Of a DNA stretch of 64,000 nt, positions 1-17,185 are shown in pieces. Position 1 is the first letter of the stretch. Every line of letters begins with the position of its first letter. The stretch lies in the NCBI RefSeq assembly GCF_009914755.1, contig NC_060926.1; one strand, 5' to 3'. The position numbers and the translations under genes are program-made. The notes below the pieces were generated by a model that saw only the letters and a program-made list of their open reading frames with translations, was not told the origin of the DNA and searched no databases. The stretch is from the human T2T-CHM13v2.0 reference genome, Homo sapiens.

Positions 1-1317
1 TTGTTGCACTTTTGAACAAATACGTGAAGAGAATGATTTATGTAATGAAATTCCATGTTTTAAGAGTCTAAAGAGGATTGGATTTATGGTTCTTCCACCC
101 CCATCCCCACCATTGAAACTAGAAAACTTGTGACTTTGGCCCAGATCGCAAAAACCTTTGCTGCTCCCAAGTTCCCTGAACTGTTAGGATAAAATAGAAT
201 ACTAAAGAGTACCTTAAACTCAGAAGGCATGATTTGCTAACTGTCAACCTAAACCAAATGGCAGCTCACACCACTAGCTGATTTTATTCAGAAGATAGGG
301 CTAAAGGAGAAACTTTTCCCACTAAATTTCAGTACAGTTACTACTTTCAAGAATACACCCTGTTTTCTTCAGGCTCTGAGCTTGTCTGCTGAAATAATTA
401 GCTGTGAGGCAGACAGGGAAAGAATTGCATCTGCAAAAAGCAGGAAGACAAGGTCAAGAGAAGAGGAGGCAGCTTGACTCACAGCTGCCCACCCTGCAGA
501 GGAGCAGAGCTTGCCAAGAATATCCACATTGATTTATGGAGAAAAAATCAGGAAACCATTCACCCCAGATAGCTTGGATTTGTGACAATATCAGTGTAAA
601 CGATTTCCATTTAGACTGTGAATTCCGAGTCTCCGTAGGTGCTCCATTTTTTCCCACCTTCGCCCCTTCTCCGAGCATTTCTAGCAACACTCGGGCCAGT
701 GATTCTCAAACTTTGGGGTGCCTGAGACTCTCTTGAGCTAGTGACAATGCAGATACCTGGCTCCACTTCCAGAAATTGAGGTGACACTCTTAGGAAGGGG
801 TCTTTTGCACTTAGAAAAATGTGAATCAGAAACCAGGGAAATTTTGTAAGAATTAAGCTACAGACTAAATGATATTAATAAAAAATCTTGGTATGTTTGT
901 ACAGAAGGTTTCACTTAATTAGGAGTTTCCTAAGAGAATGAAGGCAAAGGCTTTTCCGCCTGGGGACTCTTGAGACTCTTCGGGCTTACTCTCCAGGGTG
1001 CCACTGTATACCTTGAGAAAACTGCTGGCTTGCTTCATTCTTGTGCCTAATCTTGCTCACAAAGGAACATGCTACCAGTCTCATCTGCTTCCAAAGGGCT
1101 TTGTTTCAAATCCCTTTTGGAAAAGGGGTGCATTTTTCTGCCTTGGTTTACTGCCTTTTGGAGAACAAGAATGCATCTCAAACGTGTTTATTGAACTTTT
1201 AAAGTTCCTTGACTTTCTGCGGGCAGAGCCAACCATGGTCTTCAGACCCTACGTTAATTAAGAGAGCTAAAAAGGAAGCAATGAGAACAGCGAGGACACG
1301 ACAAAGCTGTAAGGTCA

Positions 1318-1520
1318 CCATTTATGAGTGTCTGTGAAGTGCCAGGCACTGTACCTTAAGCATTTGCCAGCATTCTCACTTAATGCAAGTAGGAATTATC
1401 ACCACTTTGTAGATGAGGAGACTGAGACTTAAGAGGTAAAGTAACAAGAACAAAGACTCAGAGCTAAGAAGCTGTAGAGCCAGAGTGGGGCTCAAGCATC
1501 TTCCTGACTATACAACCGTT
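1318..1520 (-). mobile_element. MIR SINE
   Basis: GTGCCAGGCACTGT...TAGATGAGGAGACTGAGACTTAAGAGG core. Confidence 0.65.
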
Positions 1521-3086
1521 GCTTTTCCAACACCCATTGATGGCTCTGTGTGGTGGTCATTGAGCCCTGTCCTATTTCAAAGCCTTGATCAGTTTAGGAG
1601 GCTGTCTTGACCCTGCGCCTCATCACAGGCCTTGGGAAAAGCACTTGTCCTTTGTGTGCCTTAATTTAACTCAGTGAGTCAAGTGCCCCAAGCCTGGAGT
1701 GGTTGGCGTCCCAAGTGCCATTTGAAAAGTGCTTTGATATGAAGTGCCCACAAGGGCTTGCTCTTCTGTTGATAGCAAACCATTTCCATGAAGAAACTTA
1801 AGTGGAAGCTCTGGGAGTGAACGAGTGAAAGGAGTGTTGGCTACAGGCATTTGGATCCAGAGGAGCTTGTCCCACTTTTAGGAGTGATCAGTTGAGGCTT
1901 TTTTCCCCTTGGTAGGTTTAATTTTTGACCAGCAGGTGTACACTGTGGTCCAAGGCCCCGGATTTGGCTCAGAGCTTCATAAATGAGTCAGTGGAGTTTA
2001 TAAACTCTCCACTTGCAAGAGGAAGGCAAGAAATGGAAAGAATGACAGTTACTAAGGTTAGCAGTGGCCCCTGGAATCCAAGTGGCCCTTGAGAAGAACA
2101 CTTGGGGAGGGGAAGCATTTGAATCACCTACATCTGCTAAGAACTTGTCCTGTGTTTTGGGAACGTTCTGAGAATGGCGACTACATGAGCTAGCTCTCAG
2201 ACCAGCTGTCTTCAGAGGGGACCACCTAATGGGAGGCCGACCGTAGAGGCTAAAACATGCAAGTTACCGCCTGGGAGACGGTAACAACGCTTCCATGCAG
2301 AACAGCTGTGTGTTACTTTAAAAGCAGCTAATTTCACTATCTGAATTCAAGGATGTTTCCCAGATCTCCATGCTGTGAATAGCAGTGTTGTTTGAGATGG
2401 CCATTATTGCTTACATCCTCCTCGAGCCAGGAGCAGAGGGAGGAGCCTGGATCTGGGTCTCCTGTCCCACTGCAGCAAGAGGACATGATTAGTGGTTAGC
2501 CTATCTCTAAAAGCCCTGGGGAGCTGAGTGTAGGAAGGAAGGAAGGAAGTTGTGTAGGATAAACAAAACAAAGCAAAACCCCAAAAAGCCACAAGAAAGT
2601 ACTTCAGATGTGCAAGAATCTGTAATTCACATACTCATGGGATAGTTGAGGGTTAGGACCTGGATTAAATGTTTTCACATGGAATGGGAATACCAAGAAC
2701 AAAGCAACTGAAGAGTGGGGCGACTGGCTTGGTTTTAAAGAGTCCTGGAAACAGAGTCCTCTTATTGTTTCTGGATGTTTAGACACATCAAGGCCGACAT
2801 ATAAATTGTTTTAAAATAGTATCTGTTCTCAGTCTCACATGCAAAAAAAAAAAAAAAGGAAAAATATATCTAGCAAGTTTTACCATAAGATCATTGCTAA
2901 TTTGCCTTTAGTTTCCCATGACAAGATTCAACAGTTTGATAATCTCGTGGAAAATAATTCACTTTTTAAGAAAATGTGGTTTAAAAGAAGTGAATATACT
3001 GATAACTATGAAAGCCTCTCTTGAGTAAGGCAGTATTTTAGAGTAACTGGACTGGTTGCTGCATGGCAACCTTCACAATTCAACGA

Positions 3087-3414
<328 letters not shown>

Positions 3415-3785
3415 CACAATTCAATGTTTTTAAAATAAAAAAGATTTGTCAGGGCTTCCCAAACCTCAAAGATGGGTTTTCTCAGTATCTTAATGGTCAT
3501 TTAGACGGAACCAAACAAATACCTTTAAAAAGTAGGAGTGGCGGGCATTTTAGTAGGCTGCTAAATATCTCAATATCAAATGCACCAAGGATTACTAAGC
3601 CAAATTGTATGCCGTAGTTGGAAGTGTTAGCCTTGTGCAGCTGTTCTTGTGAAGGGCTTGGGGGCCAGCTCCTGTGGGAGCCAAGGATTTTTTTTTGCAG
3701 GTTTTGTCATGTATATGTGTTAAATTAGTTTGGAGAAGATCTGTCAGGTTTAACTTGGTGATGATTTTTTAAAAAATCAGTTCAT

Positions 3786-4099
<314 letters not shown>

Positions 4100-4393
4100 T
4101 TACAGTTTGCGCAAAATAAGCACATTTGTAATTTCGTATGTATTAAATTGACTTCCTAGGAGACAAATCTTTTTTCCTCACTGGATAACATTATTTTATC
4201 TTGTGTTAGTTACAATCATTTGACCATAAAGCTTACCTGTAAGGGGGCTCTGTTGTTTAAAGATTTCAAGTTGCACTTCCTAAGTCAAACGGTGATGGGG
4301 TAAAGCAACTTCCCAAGGCGTTCCGTTCTCAAGTTAGAGAACTGGAAAGGCACTGGAGTACGGTTCCCTCCTTCCCTTTTTAAAGTAGCCCTC

Positions 4394-4700
4394 GACTGGG
4401 TGCAGTGGCTCACGCCTGTAATCCCAGCACTTTGGGAGGCCGAAGCGGGCAGATCACCCGAGGTCCGGAGTTTGAGACCAGCCTGACCAACATGGAGAAA
4501 CCCCATCTCTACTAAAAATACAAAGTTAGCCGGGCTTGGTGGCAGATGCCTGTAATCCCAGCTACTCGGGAGGCTGAGTCAGGAGAATTGCTTGAACCCA
4601 GGAGGCGGAGGTTGCAGTGAGCCGAGATTTGCACCATTGCACTCCAGCCTGGGCAACAAGAGCGAAAGTCCGTCTCAAAATAAAATAAAATAAAATAAAT
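4394..4700 (+). mobile_element. AluSp-like
   Basis: CCTGACCAACATGGAGAAACCCC; (TAAAA)n tail. Confidence 0.9.
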
Positions 4701-4716
4701 TTAGAAAGCAGCCCTC

Positions 4717-5010
4717 GACTCATGCCCGTGGCTCATGCCTGTAATCCCAGCACTTTGGGATGCCGAGTTGTGTGGATCTTTTGAGCTCAGGAGTTCGAGA
4801 CCAGCCTGGGCGAGACGGCGAAACCCCATCTTTACAAAAAATACAAAAATTCAGCAGGCATTGTACTGTGCGCCTGTACTCTGAGCTACTTGGGACGCTG
4901 TGGTGGGAGAATGGCTTGAGTCGTGGGGGTGGAGGTTGCCGTGAGCCGAGATTCTGCCACTGCAGTCCAGTCCAGGCATCAGAGCCAGATTCTGTTTCAA
5001 AAAAATAATA
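4717..5010 (+). mobile_element. Diverged Alu (AluJ-like)
   Basis: Decayed Alu dimer flanked by AAAG(C/T)AGCCCTC. Confidence 0.85.
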
Positions 5011-5041
5011 AAGTAGCCCTCAAAAGTGACATTTAAAATTA

Positions 5042-5356
<315 letters not shown>

Positions 5357-5609
5357 TTACTTGTATTTGCATGAAAATCACTGAGTTTCAAATCTGAAGT
5401 GTTCTTCAGAGTTCTAACATGTGTAAGAACACAGAGTACTATGATATTTCCCCAAGAGTATTCTGTGAGTCCCAGCTAAATGCCCTATATCCCAAGTGTG
5501 CTTTGTGGTTTAAAGAGTTAGAGAAATGCTGCAGAAACCTTCCCTGCAGCATACTAAAGTCTCAGAGATGTCCTGCAGGGAGAAAACCCAGCCGACTTTA
5601 TTCAGCAAG

Positions 5610-5860
5610 GGATCTCTTTCTGTTTCTCTCTCTCTCTCTCCCCCTTTCTCTGTCTCTGTGTGTGTGTCTTTCCTTTCTCTCTCTCTCCCCCTCCTTCACT
5701 CCGTCCATATCCCTCCCTCTCCCTCTCTGTCCCTCTTTCCCTTTTCCTTTCTCTTTCTTCCCCCACTCTTTCTCCCTCCCTCTCCCTCTCCACTTTTTTA
5801 CCTCCCCTCCCCCTCCCCCTCCTCTCTCTCTTCCCCTCTTCCTCACACCCTCCCTCTGTG
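5610..5860 (+). repeat. CT-rich polypyrimidine low-complexity tract
   Basis: ~250 bp almost purely C/T. Confidence 0.9.
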
Positions 5861-7285
5861 GCCCACCGCCTATTAGCACTATGCAAAGCACATTCTGGGA
5901 AATCTGGGTCCTAGCCAGTAGGACAGCTGTAGTAGCTATGGTGAAATTTCACATTTCTGGGCCCTGCCTGTTTCCTCCTTTGTCAACAGCAGGTTTCCAG
6001 GTGCTAGGAATTGTCATCACTCACACTCCCTTCCTCAAGGGTTTGCTTTAGAACTAAGATTCAAGGATTATCGATGTTTTTAATATAAGAATAAGCTGTA
6101 GAATGCCAAACAACAGCAGATAGGAGGAGAGAGAAGACTAAAACTATAACTGACAAATACATTAGACTAATGAATGCAAAGAAAACCTAGAAACTGGGAG
6201 GTTATTAGTGGACATTGGTCATGACTTGTGGCCACCAACCATGGTTTGAATTCTCTTCCCATGATTAGGGATTTTTCTACATTACAAATCTTGCTTCCCT
6301 GAGGCAGAAGTCCACAACTCACCCTTCTAGCTTTTCTTGTAGCAAAGATCTGCCCGTTAGACACTCCCACTCCAGAAGCAGCTACCCAGAGGAATTGTTT
6401 CCTAGCCAGGGGTCACCACAGGCCTGGGGTTTTGAAGCAGAGCTGGGCAAGGCACTTGGTATTCAGTGCCCAGTGTCAGGGGTGTGAGTGGCAGAGACGA
6501 TGTCCAGGAGGGGAGGTGGTAGGAGTCACTGCTGAAGGCCCACAGCATGGTTGGGCCTTGGTCATGACTGGGTGTCCTCCAGCTGGACTCTGCGGCAACC
6601 TGGAGATTCTGTGAACTCCTACATATTCTTTACTAGTTTATTTCTGCTTAAATCATCCAGGGCAGGGTAGGGTTTGTTGCTTGCAGCTAAGACCCTGACT
6701 AATATAGGTAAATCCTGACAATATCTGGCTGGGATGCAATTCTGTCTTAAGGAAGCCAGTGCTTGGCAATGAAAGACACTGGATAGTTCCAAAACATTTA
6801 GTTCAGCAATATAGAGTGTGTTTCTTCTCTCACATGTCCAAGGTAAGAGCTCTATGTGCCATATGTAGCAGGAGCTCAATATTTATCAAATTAAAGTCAG
6901 CTTTCTCAAAAGAGAGGTGCCATCTATTTGTTCAGTCCCTTCATCCAGTGGAATGAGATTCTGACTTAAGATTTCCATGGGAGCAGAAGGTGAAAAGAGC
7001 AGACAGTGTGCTCAGCTATATCCTGCCGAGTTTGCTTTTGCACCCCATGAATACGGTAAGATTAATGAAATCCCAAATAAACTTCCAGGAAAGATGAAAG
7101 AATTTATAAATGGTAATGATGTAAAGTAAATTCACACTAGGGTTTTCCCCTTTCTTAGAGGAGCTGAGGGTGGGGTGAGGAGGGGGCTGGTAAAGGATCA
7201 GGATTTTATTTGTGTCTTCGCTGCAATAAAGCAGAAATGTTAGACACCAAGAAAGCCACTCTGAAAAGTATTTTCCTTGATCTCA

Positions 7286-7680
<395 letters not shown>

Positions 7681-7771
7681 AATTAAAAATTAAATAATCA
7701 ACAAATATTTTAAATCCATTACCTGATATGGGCTTAGCTATTTGAGGGTTGCTGTAAAAAATATTGAAGCA

Positions 7772-8630
<859 letters not shown>

Positions 8631-8640
8631 GATAAACTCT

Positions 8641-8954
8641 TGTTTTTTTGTTTGTTTGTTTGTATGTTTTTTGAGATGGAGTCTCGCCCTGTCACTCAGG
8701 CTGGAGTGTAGTGGCACCATCTCAGCTCCCTGCAACTTCTGCCTCCCTGGTTCAAGCGATTCTCCTGCCTCAGCCTCCTAAATAGCTGAGATTACAGGTG
8801 TGCACAACCACGCCCAGCTAATTTTTGTATTTTTAGTAGAGACGGAGTTTCACCATGTTGGCCAGGCTGGTGTCAAACTCCTGACCTCAGGCAATCCACC
8901 TGCCTTGGCCTCCCAAAGCGATGGGATTACAGGTGTGAGCCACCGTGCCCAGCC
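8641..8954 (-). mobile_element. AluSx/Sz
   Basis: Full Alu, (TTTG)n tail, ACTCTTGT flanks. Confidence 0.9.
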
Positions 8955-9014
8955 ATATACTCTTGTCTTTTAAGGGAATGGGACATACCATATTAATGGA
9001 GGCTACAGAGGACT

Positions 9015-9508
<494 letters not shown>

Positions 9509-9547
9509 CTTCTCCTCTGCTTTTTAAAGTTACTTTAACTTTGTGCT

Positions 9548-9712
9548 TTTTAAAAATAGAGATGGGATCTTGCTATATTGCCCAGGCTGGAGTGCAGTGG
9601 CTAGTCACAGGTGCCATCATAGCTCACTGCAGCCCTGAATTCCTGGCCTCAGGCAATCCTCCTGCCTCAGCCTCTCAAGTTGTTGGGACTCAGGTAACAC
9701 CACTGCACCCCA
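9548..9712 (-). mobile_element. Alu monomer (FAM/FRAM-like)
   Basis: Single diverged Alu arm. Confidence 0.75.
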
Positions 9713-10099
9713 ACTTTGTACTTTTAAAGTTACTTTAAACTCCAAAATTGAGGACAGTGGTTTGTTGATCTCTTACTATTGTTTCTAGTGCCATGAAGGG
9801 ACATCAAAGATAAGCGAATCATACAATGTAACCTATGGCAGGAGGCATGAGAAACAAGATATGCAACAGAGGGCCTCTTTGGAAATGGCAGGAGCAGGGG
9901 CTGGAGGCAGCAACAAAAGTGTCATCTTGAAAGGCGTCTTCATGTGCAGCTTGAGAGTCAGCTGTGAGGAAAATAGCCAAGGAGACACAGACTATGAGAC
10001 TGCCCGTGCCCTAGAGCTCTTTGCAAAATCAAGGTCTCAGGGCTTCACCCCATCCCCTGACCAAAAGCAAGGGATGTGAGGCAGAATCTGCCTTGCTGC

Positions 10100-10350
10100 C
10101 GATTCACTGTGTGTCCCTGGGAAAACCACCAATCTTCTCTAAGTCTCCATTTTCTCATCTGTAAAATGAGGGGTTTTGACCAGATCTGTAGTTCTCCATC
10201 TGGGCTGTGCATTAGAATCATTAGGGAAATTTTTTGAAACATTCTAATTCCTGGACCCATCCCCAGACCACTTGAATCAGAACACAGGTATCAGAATTTT
10301 TCAAAAATTCCCCCAGAGGATTCTGATCTTAACCAAATGTGAGAACCACA
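10100..10350. mobile_element. MIR/MIR3 fragment interrupted by MER5A (hAT-Charlie MITE, ~10190-10350)
   Basis: TTCTCATCTGTAAAATGAG, then GTTCTC...CATTAGAATCA...GAATCAGAA...GATTCTGAT...GAGAACCAC. Confidence 0.65.
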
Positions 10351-10355
10351 GACCT

Positions 10356-10680
10356 AAATAATCTTAAATAACCTTGCTAGATTTAAGTTTCTATGAATCC
10401 ATGAATGGAATATTCTGAGGAACTGAGTTTTCTGATGAACTTAGAATTCACCACCAGAAATTCCTTTTTGTTTCTATTCCTATTTTTGAAAACTCTTCTA
10501 AAGTGAAAAAGTTTAAATAATCTTGAAGGTCCTTCCTACCTTAAAGTTTCTATGACTACATGAGAAGGATATTCAGAGGAGCTAAGTTTTCTGATGAATT
10601 TAGTATTTACTAATTTGCCACCAAAAATTCCTTTTCATTTTTATTTCTATTTTTGAAATCTTTCCTAATGTGTAAAATTC
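10356..10680 (+). repeat. Diverged tandem duplication, unit ~160 bp
   Basis: AAATAATCTT..AAGTTTCTATGA..GTTTTCTGATGAA..CCACCA.AAATTCCTTTT..CTATTTTTGAAA at 10356 and again at 10515. Confidence 0.85.
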
Positions 10681-11129
10681 CAACCTCCTGTCTAGGGAAG
10701 CAGGGACAATAAATTCATAACATGGGGGCCACCACATGCTCTCTTCCCTTGACAGGGCAGACATTACTAATTGATGAAGACACTGACCTCCAACTTGCCA
10801 TAAAAATCCATCTCACCTCTAGGCAGCCATGACCAATCAGTCAAAGCTGACACTGGAAATGAAACCGATTTGCCATTTTGGGTTTGGTAAATTTAGCTCA
10901 GTATTTCTTTCATAATGGGGTATCTTTCAGGGCCTCAAAGGCAAGATTCCAAACAACCCTTCCTCCACTCCATCCTCTCCAAATACACCGGGCTGTAGGA
11001 CAGGTGGTATGGGGACTGTGCTGAATGTATACTGAGTTCAGATAAACTTTGGGTATAAATAAAATTTTTATAAAATATGTTTTGCTACCATTTACATCTT
11101 TTCCTTAAATTTAATCCAAAGAAGCCAGT

Positions 11130-11380
11130 TCTGGGGAAGCAATATGGCAAGTAGAGTAGGAGCGTGGGTTCAAATCCTGATTCTGCCGCTCACTATTTGG
11201 CCCATTTTGGACAACTTCCCTAAATTCTCCTCTCTGTCTTCTCGCCTCAGTCTTCTCATCTATAAAATGGGGGCTAATAATAGTATCTACCTCATAGGGT
11301 TATTGTGAGATTTGAATGAAATAATAGACCCAACACCCAGGGTCTGACACGCAGGGAACTCAACAAACCTTACCTATTTT
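11130..11380 (+). mobile_element. MIR SINE
   Basis: GGGTTCAAATCCTGATTCTGCC...GCCTCAGTCTTCTCATCTATAAAATGGGG...CTACCTCATAGGGTTATTGTGAG. Confidence 0.75.
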
Positions 11381-11649
11381 GCTTGCTAATACCATACATT
11401 GAGGACTTCATTAAGTGATTTATGGCAAATCAAAATTGCATAGAAGTTAGAAGTAGTAGAAATAATAGTAGAGGAGATAATAGAAATACCTATATTGTGC
11501 CCCATTTGCCATCCCTTGGGAGGGAACGAGTCTGCATCCGCTCAAAGAGTCTGTGTCCACCCAAAGTGAGCGCCTTGGCAATGTGGTCTTGGGGGGCAGC
11601 CTCCACATCTGGGGTGTGGTCACGTAAGCTTGAAGCACTTAGCAAGAGC

Positions 11650-11815
11650 TGTGGTGGCCCAAAGGGGGTGTTTTGAAAATTGGCAGGTGTGCTTTTTTTG
11701 TTGACTCTGCCGTTGGCATTTGGGGATGGGGAGGAAGCTAGATGTCCTGCAATGTGTCGGAGAGTCCCAGACAACAAAGAACTCTCATGCCCCACATGAC
11801 TTTCAGATGTTCCCC
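11650..11815 (+). mobile_element. MER20B-like hAT fragment
   Basis: GGCATTTGGGG...GCTAGATGTCCTGCAATGTG...CCCAGACAACAAAGAA. Confidence 0.5.
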
Positions 11816-11882
11816 TAGCCTAAACTCACTACAAATGTAAATCATCAATAATTAGAACACAATGATCCTGAAAATAACTTGA

Positions 11883-12278
<396 letters not shown>

Positions 12279-12425
12279 TAATTTACTCATACTGTGCTGG
12301 TTGCTTGCTCTATGTATTGAGCATTTCTGATTATAAATTTTACTGAAAAGAGTTTCAGTACAGTAGGGAGTTTACTGTACAATGAAACCAACTGAAAATA
12401 AGAAACAGATTTGAGATTTATTTAA

Positions 12426-12816
<391 letters not shown>

Positions 12817-12817
12817 T

Positions 12818-13280
<463 letters not shown>

Positions 13281-13501
13281 AATTACTATTGACTATGATG
13301 TGGCCTCTTTCAAATCCATCCTCACTGTCCTTTGTTTCTCACAGGATGCAGCCCCCAAGTTCATTTTAAGTGCTAGAGACTCTCTCCAAAACATACCCTT
13401 ATCCCAGGTCATAAAATCGAGGAACCACAGTGATGCTGTATTTTGTAAATAAGCCCCAGATCATTCATGACTTTGAGTCTGTAGCTTGTTTTAGTATATT
13501 A

Positions 13502-13856
13502 CAGATTGAGTATCCCTTTTCTGAAATGCCTGGGATGAGAAATGTTTCAGAGTTTCTGAATTTTGGGATATTAGCATGTATATAATAAGATATTTTGGGG
13601 AATGCGACCCAAGTCTAAACACGAAATGCATTTATGTTTCACATACACCTTATATAGATAGGCTGAAGGTAATTTTATATAATATTTTACATAATTTTGT
13701 CCATGAAAAACAACATTTTGACTGTGTTTTGACTGTGACCCATCACATGAGGTCAGGTGTGGAATTTCCCATGGTGGCATCATGTCAGCACTCAAAAAGA
13801 TTCAGATTTTGGAGCATTTTGGGTTTTGGATTTTCAGACTAGGGATGCTCAACCTG
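13502..13856. mobile_element. Tigger4/MER46-family (TcMar-Tigger) non-autonomous DNA transposon
   Basis: TIRs CAGATTGAGTATCCCT ... AGGGATGCTCAACCTG, flanked by TA on both sides. Confidence 0.85.
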
Positions 13857-13977
13857 TATCTCTATTTTAAATAACGTTATTTTATTCTTTCTTTTATATA
13901 CAGATAAGTGTTCTCTATTATTACTTAGCCTAACACTAATTTTTATTTTTTATTCTAATGTCCATTCATACCTCTGC

Positions 13978-14125
13978 TTTTTTTTTTTTTTTTTTTTGAG
14001 ACAGAGTCTCACTCTGTCGCCCAGGCTGGAGTGTAGTGGCGTGATCTCGGCTCACTGCAACCTCTGCCTCCCGGATTCAAGCCTCCCAAAGTGCTGGGAT
14101 TACAGGCGTGAGCCACCACGCCCGG
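13978..14125 (-). mobile_element. Internally deleted Alu
   Basis: Right-arm 3' part joined directly to left-arm 5' part at ...TTCAAGCCTCCCAAAG. Confidence 0.85.
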
Positions 14126-14330
14126 TATGTTCTTTTATTTTTTTGTTCTTCTTATGAAAATAGCTTCTGATCTTCTTATTTCCCTTAAATCCAAACCCAT
14201 TCATTATCAGTAGGTGCAGGCATCTGGTGGCTTCAGTGTGTCCTGCTGTGCAGCCACACCTGAGCATTTATATTTTAAAGTACATGTTATTTTATTACAC
14301 ATTTTTAAAAATCTATCCTTTATGTTAAAG

Positions 14331-14935
<605 letters not shown>

Positions 14936-17055
14936 TTATTATAAAAAGTTATAAACCACTGGCATAAATCAAAATAAGAGGAAGTAGTCTGGGTAGACTT
15001 TGGATTCCTCACTTTCACCACAGCCCTTGAACTCATGTAAAGAGAAAATAACTTTGGAAAAGTGTTCTGTCCTTTCATCTCACATGAAAGCCAGAGGTCA
15101 AATGTGAAACTCCAGTGTTTCTGAACCGCAGAGCGTCCATCTTTCCAGCTGTGTTTCTCCAATGTCTTCCACCAAGCGGCCTCATTTCAGGTAATATTTG
15201 CTCTCTCCTCCCAGTCTGATGATGACTGTTTAGGGAATACCCAAGAGAGTCTAAATTGCTCACAGGATTTGGTAGAAACCACTCCCGTTTCAGTCACCAG
15301 CCGGCCCTGGGTCTTTATCACAATTGCTATCCTAGAGGAACACAGCTGCACGAAGGCACCAAGGGCTTCCTCCTTATGCCACAAATATCCTAAGAAGAAT
15401 GTCTCAGAATTATTTCAAGGTGTGGCACTTAGTGCGGCCAGCATGTGGGAGAAGTGAGTTTGTATACTGTACCACTGAACACATGCCTTCTCAAGATGCA
15501 TGAGGAGGCCTTCATTATAAGTGGCGTTAAACAAATGGAATGGAAAATTCCAGAGGTTGCAAAACAAAATAGGGGTGAGCAGAGATACTGTCTTCTGATG
15601 CAGTATTTAGACCCAAGTTCCGCCATTTATCATGCTGTGTGGCTTTGGGCAGAACCTTATCCTCTCTGTGCCTAGATGGATGTCCTGTTCCGTGAAAAGG
15701 GGATCGTGAGGTATGAAGTGACTAGCAGGTGTCAGCACACAAGTTGTGCTGCTAGTTTCTTTGGGTTAATAAATCCACTTGAGGCTGTACTGTATCTCAG
15801 CAGGATGGGCCCCGCCCATGTCAGACCTGGAGCTTGCTTTCCATGAGTTACATTTATGGCAGCTCGGTTAGCACTGGGAAAGGATCCCAGGCCTTAAGCC
15901 AGCCATGTACTTTGAGCTACCGGAGGCTACTCAATTAGGGACTGGCTTTGGACCTTCAAACCAACTTAAGAGATGGTAATTATTAGCACTTGCTATGTGC
16001 AGGTTGTCCATGCATCATCTCATTTTATTCTCATGAGATTCCAAAATAGAGTGCCACTGTCCTGCTAACGCTTGAGGAAAGTGGGGCCCAGAGCAGCGAA
16101 GCCACTGCCCAGGCTCACAGCGGCGAGAAGCGAAGGAGCCAGGGCGGGACTGAGCCCAGGCACGGTCCTGACCCGCTGCCTCTGAACCTGGTCAGGGCTT
16201 CATCCCTTCCTGCTGGAGAAATCGCTGCCAAAGCCTGCTCACACAGCCCCTGGGCGGCGGAGGCGAGGTGAAGCCAGTCAGCCTTTCTCCGAGACTTCCA
16301 ACTCACCGGGCCTGGAGCTCGTCCCCTTCTCAGCCCAGCGCTGAGCCCCCAAGACTTGGCTCCCGGCTACCACATCTGCTTGGAGAAGAAATGGGTGTGG
16401 CCCAAAGAGCAGATTTATGTTGTCCTCAGCGCCTTGGGCTCCATCCCAGCTGCACAGAATTGGATGGATGACAAGGATAAATGTGTTTGGCTCCGGGCTC
16501 AGTCACTGAGGATTTATTTAGCACCTGCAATAATAAAAAAATCACAATGCTGCAGCGCTCCAGGCACCACATGGGCATGCGGGGGAAACGGGAGTCTGTA
16601 GGGGGGAAGACACTCACCTGCCTGCTCTCTAGCTGCTTGCAATCTGGCTGTGGGAGAGAGATGAATCCCGCGGCATCTCAGAGGAGGAGGGAGGTGGGAT
16701 GTATTTGAGATGAGGAGCCTGAGAGGTTAAGTACTTTGTTTGAGGTTACACAGCTAATGAGGAACCAAACGAGAGCTGCCGATTTATTGACACTTATCAT
16801 GAGTTTTCGTTGTTGCAAACATACGTGAAAAAATAAAATTTAAAAGCACAGCTAAGCAACGCAGGAGAAAAAAATCACCCCAAATCCCACCACCCAGAGT
16901 TAGCCACCAACACCCTCACCTCCATGCGTTTTCTTTCCTTGTGCAGATATGCATGGACATGTCTACAGTGTGTATGCCCTTAGTTTACGAAGCTGGATAC
17001 TGCACAGTATACCGCTCAGGAAACTGCTTATCTCCTTTCAGATGCAGATCAGCTA

Positions 17056-17185
17056 TTTTTTTTCTTTTTTAGAGACAGGGTCCTTGCTATAGTGCCCAGG
17101 CTGGTTTTGAACTCCTAGGCTGAAGCAATGCTCCCACCTCAGCCTCCCAAAGTGTGGGATTACAGGCAGTAGCCACCAGCCCACC
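17056..17185 (-). mobile_element. FLAM Alu monomer
   Basis: Left-arm-only Alu; ATCAGCTATTT flanks. Confidence 0.8.

Noticed and set aside
1675-1990. Two TGAGTCA AP-1 motifs
   Set aside because: About 8 such 7-mers are expected by chance in 64 kb, so this is not enough alone
5419-6051. 210-aa ORF and overlapping Pro/Ser/Leu- or Arg/Glu/Gly-rich ORFs
   Set aside because: Produced by the CT low-complexity tract
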